IMG/VR virus record: IMGVR_UViG_3300034196_000123
Location: 1-59,865 of that record
Origin: a virus
Lineage: Duplodnaviria > Caudoviricetes
Reading direction: 5' to 3' (one strand)
DNA length: 59,865 nt
The notes below the pieces were generated by a model, which saw only the letters and a list, made by a program, of their open reading frames with translations, was not told the origin of the DNA and made no database searches. The position numbers and the translations under genes were made by a program. This document shows, in pieces, positions 9,323-16,846 of this stretch. The stretch's first letter is position 1. Each line of letters opens with the position of its first letter.

Positions 9323-9837
9323 TGTCGCGCTTCACCGCGGCGGTCGAGTCGCAGGCCGCCCAGCTGGCCGGGGCGCCGTCGGGCACCACGTTCAACGGCT
9401 ACTTCGCGGCCCTCGTCGCCGGTGCTGCCGCCGGGTACGAGATTCGCCGGATCCTGCTCGGCGTGCGGGCCGGTGCGACCGTGCCGACGTCGCAGCAGAT
9501 GACGGTCGCCCTGTATCGACAGACCGTCCGGGTAGCTGGCACCGGGTTCACCACGGTCGCTGGGCAGAACCTGGTGCCCCGCAACGCTGCCACGGCCATC
9601 ACCGGGCTGGACGTCACCACGGCGACTGCCGCGGGGACGACGGGCCCGACGATCGGCAGCAACCCGTTGTTCAGGTTCAGCTTCAACACGCAGGCCGGCC
9701 CGATTGACCTCCCGACGGACCTGATGGAAGAGATCACCTGCGATCAGGGGACGGCCAACGGCCTGGCGTTCGTCAACATCGGCAACGCGCTCCCGCCCTC
9801 GCACCTGTTCACCCTCTCCGCGGAGTGGGAGGAGTAG
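9322..9837 (+). CDS. Probable virion structural protein
   Basis: GAGGAGG RBS; MSRFTAAVES...LSAEWEE, beta-rich. Confidence 0.65.
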   Translation: MSRFTAAVESQAAQLAGAPSGTTFNGYFAALVAGAAAGYEIRRILLGVRAGATVPTSQQMTVALYRQTVRVAGTGFTTVAGQNLVPRNAATAITGLDVTTATAAGTTGPTIGSNPLFRFSFNTQAGPIDLPTDLMEEITCDQGTANGLAFVNIGNALPPSHLFTLSAEWEE

Positions 9838-9878
9838 ACCGCCCCCCGTTCCAGCGACCGTCGGGAGGGTGAAGGCTC

Positions 9879-12800
9879 GTGGCCGTCATCGCGTCGGACG
9901 CCTGCAGCGGTTCGAACGGTGACGCCCCATCGAGCAGGTGGACGGGCGGGACCACCCCGACCGCCGGCGGCGCCGTCAACATCCAGTCGGGCAAGCTGCG
10001 CTTCCTCAGCGGCACCAACGCCTCCGGGGGCGCGACCGACTGTGCATCACGGGTCCTGACGGGCGTCACCGCCCAGCAGGGCATGGAGTTGCGGTGCATC
10101 GTCCGCGTCGACACGTCCGGGAACCAGTCCGGGGTGGTGCTGCGCTGCGACTCCACGCTGTCCGACGCCACGGTGTCGGGGTACGCCCTGTCGATCGACG
10201 GCGGCACCGCCCTGTCGATCATCAAGTTCACCGGTGGGACCGGGACGTTCTCGCAGCTGGCGACGACCGCGTTCACCCAGAGCCTCAGCACGGACTACTG
10301 GCTGCTCGCCCGCGTCACCGGCACATCGTCGACCCTGATCCAGGCGAAGATCTGGGCCGTCGGGACCACCGAGCCGGGCAGCTTCACCACCTCGTTCACC
10401 GACACGACGTCCCCCATCACCTCCGGTGGCATCGGCGCCGTCGTGTTCGGTGGCGGCGGGACCGCCAAGTCCCTGTCCATCGGGTCGGTCACCGTCACCG
10501 ACGCCGGCGGCGGACCGATCATCCCGACCGTCGTGAAGCGGTGGTCGAGGTGGCGGCAGCACCTGGACCGCCGCGCCCGGCCCATGCTGCAGCGGATCCC
10601 CGACCAGACCGAGGCCTGGCCGACCGCCTGGGCGAACCGGGCGACCCAGCCGGCCGTGTGGCTGGCGATCGGCGACAGCATCACCGAGGGGCAGGGCGCG
10701 TCGGACCTCCCGGCCCGGTGGATCACACAGTGCCTGAACCTTCTGCGCTCGCGGGGCGGGAAGCCCACCAAGGGCGGCGCCGGGTACCTGCACGCCGCGT
10801 ACTACATCTACGGCCCCGACTCGGTGTGGACGACCTTCCTCCAGTACAACGGCGGCTCGGTCGGCGGTGCCCTGTACATCCCGGCGATCGGTGGTGCTGC
10901 CGCGGCGTCCGCGGCCGACCCCGACGGCATGACGTGGACGGTCACCGGGACGAGCGTCGACCTGTGGTACGTCGAGTCCACCGCACCCGGGTTCTACTAC
11001 TCGATCGACGGCGGCACCCCGGTGCTGGTCACTCCCGGGAACAACTTCCCCACCCCTCATAAGCTGCGGATCTCCCTCGGTGCGTCCGGTGTCCACACCG
11101 TCGACGTCTGGCAGACCGGCACCGGGGTCATGGGCTGGTGCGGGGTCACCGTTTACGACGGCGACGAGAACGCCGGGGTGGTCCTCATCGATGGCGGGCA
11201 CGTCGCGGCGTTCACCGCGGACCCGCTCACCACCTGGGGTAACAGGTCGTCCGCCTACGACCTGATGGCGACCTACGTCCTCGCGGCCCCCGACGTCGTG
11301 ACCCTGGAGCTCGGGGTCAACGACTGGTCCTCCAACGTCCCGCCGGCGACGGCAGCGGCGAACCTGTTGGTCACCATCCAGTTGCTGCAGTCGCTACCGA
11401 AGCGGCCCACGATCTGGCTCGTCGCGCCTGCCGCGTACGACGATGGCACGACCCAGACGTATCGGTGGACCGCCTACCTCGCGGCGATGCAGGCGGTGGC
11501 TGCGCAGACGGGTATCGGGTTCGTCGACGTCGGTCCGGTCCTCGGCTCGCCGACGAACACCGCGCTGTTCTCCGCCGATCAGATCCACCCGAACGACGCC
11601 GGGCACGCCCTCATGGGGCAGTTCATGTCGGGGGTCCTCGGCGGGAACCCGGACTACCCGCCCGCACCGCCGCGGCGTCGGCTGCCCCGGGCCTGGCGTC
11701 GGCGACCCACGACCACCCTGCGGCCCTTGTCGAGCGGCCCCACGGTCCCGTCGGTGACGGCCACCGAGACCCTCACCGTCACCGATACGGCGGCGCGCAC
11801 CCAGGCGGGCAGCCGGGCGGTCACGGAGACCCTGACCACCAGTGAGGTCGCGACCGCGCAGCCGACCAAGCCGCGGTCGGCCGCCGACGCGATCACCACG
11901 GTCGACGTGGTGGCCCGCACCTCGACGCGCCCGCGGGCCACCACCGACACGGTGTCGATCACCGACGGTGCGGTCGCGTCGGTCACCCGTGGCCGGACCG
12001 CCGCCGACACCCTGACCACCAGCGAGGGCATCACGTGGGCGCTCGCCGCCCGCGTCGCCGCCACCGACGGCATCAGCACCAGCGAGGTCCTCACCCGCTC
12101 GCGGACGTCGACCCGGGCCGTCACCGACCAGGTGACCGTCGGGGACGTCGCGACCGGCCCGGCCATCCGCACCGGCACGACCGTCGACACCCTGCAGCTG
12201 GCCGACGCCGTCCCGGTCCGGTCGACGAACCGGCCCCGGGCCGCCGGGGACACCCTGACCATCGCGGACGCCGCCGCTCGGGCCGCGTCGACCACGACCC
12301 GGACCGTCGTCGACTCCCTGACCGCCACCGATGCCACCAGCAGGGCCACGACGGGCCCCCGCAGCACCCTGGACGCCCTGGGCGTCGCCGACGTCCTGGT
12401 GCGCGCCTGGGCGCCCGCCAGGACCACCGTGGACACCCTCGGCGCCGGCGACACGGCCCGCCTGCAGGTCTCGTTCGTCCGGACAGTCGCGGACGCCGCC
12501 GCGCTCGCCGACACCCTCACCCGGACCGTGGCCCGCCCCCGGACCGCCGGCGACACCCTCACCGTCTTCGACGCCACCGGCCGGGCCCTGACCCTCGTCC
12601 GTGGCATCACCGACCCCCTGACCCTCACCGACACTGCCGGGCAGACGATCCTGCGGGGCCGGACCATCACCGACGCCCTCACCGCCACCGACGCCGTGAC
12701 CCGCGCGGTGCTCGAGCAGCGTGCCGCGGCCGACTCGTGGTCGACCAGCGACGTCACCGCCCGGTCGGTGCAGCTGGCCCGCGCCGTGCCCGAAGGCCTC

Positions 12801-13328
12801 GGCGTGGTCGACGTGGCCGCCCGGGCGCGCGCCGGCGGCCGGAGCGTCGTGGACGTGCTCGGCGTGGCGGACGCCGCGGCGGGGATCCGGTCCCTCGTGC
12901 GCGGCGCCGGCGACGCCGTGGTGTTCGCCGACGTGCCCGGCCGGACTCTCGTGGTCGCGCGGAGCAGCGTGGACGCGGTCGCGGTGGCCGACGCGGTGGC
13001 GAGGGGTCTGGCGCGGGTCGCCGCGGTGGTGGATGGCGTCGCCCTGGTCGACGTCGCCGCCCGGCCGGCGCTCGCCCGGGCCCGGGCCGGGGTGGACGTC
13101 GTCGCGGTCGCGGACGTCGTCGGGCGGGTCCTGACGCTGGTCCCGCGCGGTGGGGTGGACTCCCTGACCCTGGTCGAGGCGACGACCAGGGTCAGGGTCC
13201 AGTCCCGCACCGCGACCGATGGCCTGACGGTCGTGGACGTGGTGGTGTCGGTGCGGCCGCTGCGGGGGGTTCGGTCCCGGGTCATCACCCCGGGGGACGT
13301 CGGCACGATGCTGGGAGACGACCGATGA
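9879..13328 (+). CDS. Large fibre protein: lectin-like N-domain, SGNH/GDSL esterase, long ~20-aa repeat stalk
   Basis: SGNH blocks AIGDSITEG, ELGVND, DQIHPNDAGH; C-terminal half made of (T/A)D(T/A)L(T/G)xxD repeats. Confidence 0.8.
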   Translation: MAVIASDACSGSNGDAPSSRWTGGTTPTAGGAVNIQSGKLRFLSGTNASGGATDCASRVLTGVTAQQGMELRCIVRVDTSGNQSGVVLRCDSTLSDATVSGYALSIDGGTALSIIKFTGGTGTFSQLATTAFTQSLSTDYWLLARVTGTSSTLIQAKIWAVGTTEPGSFTTSFTDTTSPITSGGIGAVVFGGGGTAKSLSIGSVTVTDAGGGPIIPTVVKRWSRWRQHLDRRARPMLQRIPDQTEAWPTAWANRATQPAVWLAIGDSITEGQGASDLPARWITQCLNLLRSRGGKPTKGGAGYLHAAYYIYGPDSVWTTFLQYNGGSVGGALYIPAIGGAAAASAADPDGMTWTVTGTSVDLWYVESTAPGFYYSIDGGTPVLVTPGNNFPTPHKLRISLGASGVHTVDVWQTGTGVMGWCGVTVYDGDENAGVVLIDGGHVAAFTADPLTTWGNRSSAYDLMATYVLAAPDVVTLELGVNDWSSNVPPATAAANLLVTIQLLQSLPKRPTIWLVAPAAYDDGTTQTYRWTAYLAAMQAVAAQTGIGFVDVGPVLGSPTNTALFSADQIHPNDAGHALMGQFMSGVLGGNPDYPPAPPRRRLPRAWRRRPTTTLRPLSSGPTVPSVTATETLTVTDTAARTQAGSRAVTETLTTSEVATAQPTKPRSAADAITTVDVVARTSTRPRATTDTVSITDGAVASVTRGRTAADTLTTSEGITWALAARVAATDGISTSEVLTRSRTSTRAVTDQVTVGDVATGPAIRTGTTVDTLQLADAVPVRSTNRPRAAGDTLTIADAAARAASTTTRTVVDSLTATDATSRATTGPRSTLDALGVADVLVRAWAPARTTVDTLGAGDTARLQVSFVRTVADAAALADTLTRTVARPRTAGDTLTVFDATGRALTLVRGITDPLTLTDTAGQTILRGRTITDALTATDAVTRAVLEQRAAADSWSTSDVTARSVQLARAVPEGLGVVDVAARARAGGRSVVDVLGVADAAAGIRSLVRGAGDAVVFADVPGRTLVVARSSVDAVAVADAVARGLARVAAVVDGVALVDVAARPALARARAGVDVVAVADVVGRVLTLVPRGGVDSLTLVEATTRVRVQSRTATDGLTVVDVVVSVRPLRGVRSRVITPGDVGTMLGDDR

Positions 13329-14053
13329 TCGCGACCGTGGGCGATGCCCCGAAGCTGGTGTGGGAGCTGCGGGACCCCGACTCCGGGGAGCGGATCGACG
13401 CGACCGTGACGTGTGCGGTGACCACCGCCCCGACGGGCGGTGCTACCGGTGCGCTGACGGTCGTGCGGGAGGCCCAGGGCCGGTACGCCGTCCTCGTGCC
13501 CCTGACCGTCGTCGGGGACTGGCTCGGCACCTGGACAGCGTCCGGGCCGGTCACCGCGGTCGACGGGTGGACCATCACCGCGGTCGCCGCCGCGGACCCG
13601 GCGTGGCAGGCCCCCGGGTGGGCACCGACCCTGCGGGACGTCGGGTCGCACATCCCGACCCGCACCCGTGAGCTCGGCACCGACGACCGGTACACCGGCA
13701 TGTTCAGCGACTCGACGGAGCCGACCGCCGACGCCGTCACCGTGCTGATCCGCGACGCCTGCACGTGGGCCGCCGGACCGCTCGGCGCGCCCGTGCAGGC
13801 GGTCACGTGGCCGCTGCTGCGCCTCGCCTCGGCCCTGTACGCCGCCTACTCGGTGGAGCTCGCCTACCCGGAGCGGGACGCCGACGTCCGCGTCTACGAG
13901 CAGCTGCTCACGCAGGCCGAGAGCATCCGGGCCACCGCCGACCAGACCAACGCCGCCGCCGGCGGAGGCACCGAGGTCGACGTCGGCGGCGACCAGCTGC
14001 TCGGCTCGCACTCGTTCCCGCCGGCGCCCTGCGCGCGGGACATCGCCTTCTGA
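13325..14053 (+). CDS. Head-to-tail adaptor with N-terminal Ig-like domain
   Basis: ATGA overlap; WAPTLRDVGSHIPTRT..FSDSTEPT..V and LYAAYSVELAYPE typical of actinophage adaptors. Confidence 0.7.
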   Translation: MIATVGDAPKLVWELRDPDSGERIDATVTCAVTTAPTGGATGALTVVREAQGRYAVLVPLTVVGDWLGTWTASGPVTAVDGWTITAVAAADPAWQAPGWAPTLRDVGSHIPTRTRELGTDDRYTGMFSDSTEPTADAVTVLIRDACTWAAGPLGAPVQAVTWPLLRLASALYAAYSVELAYPERDADVRVYEQLLTQAESIRATADQTNAAAGGGTEVDVGGDQLLGSHSFPPAPCARDIAF

Positions 14054-14057
14054 CCGT

Positions 14058-14090
14058 CCGACTCCACCGGTACCCTGCCGGTGGGGTCGG
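14058..14090 (+). terminator. Hairpin after adaptor gene
   Basis: CCGACTCCACCGG/CCGGTGGGGTCGG stem with one G-U pair. Confidence 0.55.
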
Positions 14091-14122
14091 GAGCAGCCAC
14101 GCGCGCACCCGAGGAGACCATC

Positions 14123-14419
14123 ATGGCCAGCACCCAGAAGCCCCCCGCCGCCGAGCAGGCCCCGCCGGTGGCCCCCGCGCCCGAGCCGGTCGCGGTGCCC
14201 GCCGAGCCCGAGGCGTCCCCGGAGGTCCAGCGGCGTTTCCGCAGCCACGTCGCGCGGATCCGGGAGGAGTTCGGCCGCTACAAGGCGGCTCGCCTGCTGT
14301 ACCTCGACGGGGTGCCCGCGGTCGCCGAGGGCGGCGCGATCCCCCAGTCCCACCCCCACCTGCAGGAGTGGATCGACGAGGGCGGCGTCATCGACCTCCA
14401 GGCCAAGAGCGCGCCGTAG
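14123..14419 (+). CDS. Hypothetical protein
   Basis: GAGGAG RBS, ATG 14123. Confidence 0.7.
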   Translation: MASTQKPPAAEQAPPVAPAPEPVAVPAEPEASPEVQRRFRSHVARIREEFGRYKAARLLYLDGVPAVAEGGAIPQSHPHLQEWIDEGGVIDLQAKSAP

Positions 14420-14421
14420 CC

Positions 14422-14799
14422 GTGGACGACACCGACGTCATCATCGACGACGAAGCGATCGCGATCTTCCTGACGTCCCCGGCCGGGCCGGTCGGGGACC
14501 TGCTGTCCGACCTCGGCCGGAAGATCTACACGGTCGCGCGGAACATGGCGCCCATCAGCCCGAAGGGGTCCCACGGTCGCGCGCCCGGGTGGCTGAAGAC
14601 CCGCATCGACTGGGAGCTGCGCACCGACGACGGTGACCTGTACGTCGTCGTCACCTCCCCGGCCCTCACGAACGACGGCCGTGAGGCGCCGTACGGGAAG
14701 TTCCAGAACATCGAGGACCTGCACGGCGCCGGCGGCCACAAGATCCGCACGACGCCGCACCTGCTGCCCGCGTTCCACTACGTCATGGACGGGCTGTGA
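14422..14799 (+). CDS. Neck/tail-completion protein (HK97 gp10-like)
   Basis: SPAGPVGDLL..ARNMAP..GWLKTRI..APYG..PHLLPA pattern; position before tail terminator. Confidence 0.65.
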   Translation: MDDTDVIIDDEAIAIFLTSPAGPVGDLLSDLGRKIYTVARNMAPISPKGSHGRAPGWLKTRIDWELRTDDGDLYVVVTSPALTNDGREAPYGKFQNIEDLHGAGGHKIRTTPHLLPAFHYVMDGL

Positions 14800-15251
14800 T
14801 GGTGCAGCAGATCGTGTACTGCGACGGTGCCGGTGCGGCCGCGGTGTGGGTCAACGACGTCTCCGGGATCACCGGTGCAGGCGGGCCCCTGGAGAATGGC
14901 GTGAGCCTGCTGGTCGACGGGCCGCGCTCGCCCGGGCAGGGCGCCATCGCGACCGTGGAAGAGCTGGCGGGCACCACCGCGGACGACGCGATGTGCAGCT
15001 GCAGGCTGTCGTTCAAGGTGTGGGCGGTCGGGCGGGGCGGGGGCAGGGAGAAGGCGAACCGCGCCGCCCGGGCCCTCGCCGGCGCGCTCGCCGACCAGCT
15101 GAAGGGCAACCCAGTCACGGTCACAACGAAGGCGGGGGAGCGGGTCACGATCCTCGCCGCGTCTGACCTGGCGGGCCCGTCGCTGACCGGGGACGTCGGT
15201 GGGCAGTCGCAGTACCGGGTCGACGCCACACTGAGCCTGCAGCCCGCCTGA
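14796..15251 (+). CDS. Tail terminator-like protein
   Basis: 151 aa directly upstream of major tail gene; RLSFKVWA..A..ALA pattern. Confidence 0.65.
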   Translation: MMVQQIVYCDGAGAAAVWVNDVSGITGAGGPLENGVSLLVDGPRSPGQGAIATVEELAGTTADDAMCSCRLSFKVWAVGRGGGREKANRAARALAGALADQLKGNPVTVTTKAGERVTILAASDLAGPSLTGDVGGQSQYRVDATLSLQPA

Positions 15252-15360
15252 CGGGCCGTCCGGGCGGTAACCTGTGCGCGGGGTTGGGACTTCGTAGCGA
15301 AGTCGCCGCAGCGGAACTCGAGTTGCTCGGGGGAGGCGCGGCCCCAGCCCTGGAGGCTCG

Positions 15361-15954
15361 ATGCCTGCCATCGCAGTGCCCCGCGACTCGATCCGGATCG
15401 GCGCCGGCTACCTCTACAAGGCGATCATCGGGTCCACGTTGCCCAGCAACACGGTGTCCGGTGGGGTGTTCACTGACCCGTGGCCCGCCGCCTTCATCCC
15501 GCTGGGGGTGACCAAGGCTGGGCACGAGCTCAGCTTGAAGACCGACTTCTCGCCGGTCGAGGCCGCGGAGTACCTGGACCCGCTGCTGCTCGCGCCCGAG
15601 AAGTCCGAGAACAAGATCTCGATTGAGATCCTGCAGTTCACCGCGAAGAACTTCTCGCTGACCCTCAACGGCGCCACCCTGACCACCGTCAGCGGCACCG
15701 GCCCGACCCTGCTGACGAAGCTCACGCCGGTCGCGCCCTCGTCGATGATCCCCACGATGTTCGGCTGGGAGTCCGAGGACGCCCGAGAGCGGACGATCAT
15801 CTACCAGGCCAAGCAGACCGGCGAGATCAAGGTCAAGCGCACCAAGGGCGGCGGTGACCCCTCCACCTTGCCGGGCGAGTGGACCATGGAGCGGCCCCCG
15901 ACCGGCGAAACGTGGGAGGGCTGGTACGCCGGCCCGACCGCGCTGGGCCTGTAG
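15361..15954 (+). CDS. Major tail (tube) protein
   Basis: GGAGG RBS; IRIGAGYLYKA, LGVTKAGHELS; upstream of chaperone and tape measure. Confidence 0.8.
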   Translation: MPAIAVPRDSIRIGAGYLYKAIIGSTLPSNTVSGGVFTDPWPAAFIPLGVTKAGHELSLKTDFSPVEAAEYLDPLLLAPEKSENKISIEILQFTAKNFSLTLNGATLTTVSGTGPTLLTKLTPVAPSSMIPTMFGWESEDARERTIIYQAKQTGEIKVKRTKGGGDPSTLPGEWTMERPPTGETWEGWYAGPTALGL

Positions 15955-16673
15955 TGGCGTCCCTGGGGGAGTTCGGGCGCCTCGTCATCGACGACGCCCC
16001 CGAGCCCATCGAACCGGACACGTTCACGTTCCACGGCCACGAGTTCCTGATCCCCGACTCGCTGAGCATGCTGCCGACGATGCGGTTCGCGTGGCAGCAG
16101 AAGGTCCACACGCAGCGGGAGAAGCAGACCGGCCGGGCCCTGGAGCGCGCGCAGCTGCGCCTCGCCGCCGCGGACGCCCGGGACCGCGCCGCCGCACAGA
16201 AGGCCGTCGAGGACGCCCAGGCGGAGCAGGTGCAGGCGAACCTGGACATGCTCGCCGAGCTGTACTCCTACGTCCGCTCGTCGATGCCCGATGAGGACGA
16301 CTGGGAGACCTTCTACGAGATCGCCGTGTCGGTGCGCGCCGACATGGAGGAGCTGCTGGGGGTGGCCGGGCAGATCCTCTCCACGGTGACCGGCCGCCCT
16401 ACGAGTCGGCCCTCCGAATCATCGGATGGGCCGTCGAGGAGTGGGGCTGGGTCGACGGGCAGCTACGACTCGCCGGCGCCGACCGGTGGGCCGGCGCGGA
16501 CGATGCGGCGGGAGTTGCCGGCACCGCCGTGGGACGACGTCCCGACGCAGCGGGTGATCCGGATCGAGCCGGAACCGGAGTCGGACCTGATGGCGCAGCG
16601 GCGGGAGTACTTCGCCGACCTGGTGTCCGTGGACGAGCTGCTGGACCGGGCGGGCATCCCCTCTGGCGGCTGA
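15954..16673 (+). CDS. Tail assembly chaperone (gpG-like)
   Basis: Between major tail and tape measure; TGRPTSRPSESSDG motif. Confidence 0.75.
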   Translation: MASLGEFGRLVIDDAPEPIEPDTFTFHGHEFLIPDSLSMLPTMRFAWQQKVHTQREKQTGRALERAQLRLAAADARDRAAAQKAVEDAQAEQVQANLDMLAELYSYVRSSMPDEDDWETFYEIAVSVRADMEELLGVAGQILSTVTGRPTSRPSESSDGPSRSGAGSTGSYDSPAPTGGPARTMRRELPAPPWDDVPTQRVIRIEPEPESDLMAQRREYFADLVSVDELLDRAGIPSGG

Positions 16674-16846
16674 CGCCCGCGCAGGGGGTCAACACGCTCT
16701 ACGCGCTGTGGGCGTCGGTGTCCGACCGGGACGCCTTGGACGAGTACCTCGCGACCGGTGAGGTCCCGCAGGCCTCGACGTCCGCGGCCGGCTCGCCGGC
16801 GGTCGACGACGCCGCGGCGGCCGCGGTCCTGATGGGGAGGCTGTAG
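16397..16846 (+). CDS. -1 frameshift extension of tail assembly chaperone (gpGT-like)
   Basis: -1 frame open from C-CCT-AC (16397) to TAG 16846, reading PYESALRIIGWAVEEWGWVDGQLRLAG...GVNTLYALW; abuts tape measure start. Confidence 0.65.
   Translation, partial: PYESALRIIGWAVEEWGWVDGQLRLAGADRWAGADDAAGVAGTAVGRRPDAAGDPDRAGTGVGPDGAAAGVLRRPGVRGRAAGPGGHPLWRLTPAQGVNTLYALWASVSDRDALDEYLATGEVPQASTSAAGSPAVDDAAAAAVLMGRL

Noticed and set aside
13162-13197. 15-bp perfect hairpin inside the fibre gene
   Set aside because: Within repetitive coding sequence with no U tract; may be chance or an mRNA stability element, function unsupported
11654-14359. Long antisense and alternate-frame ORFs (also 18215-20629, 21676-23448, 33835-35871 and others)
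   Set aside because: Shadow ORFs expected at this GC content; Arg/Gly/Pro-rich, no motifs, overlap well-supported genes
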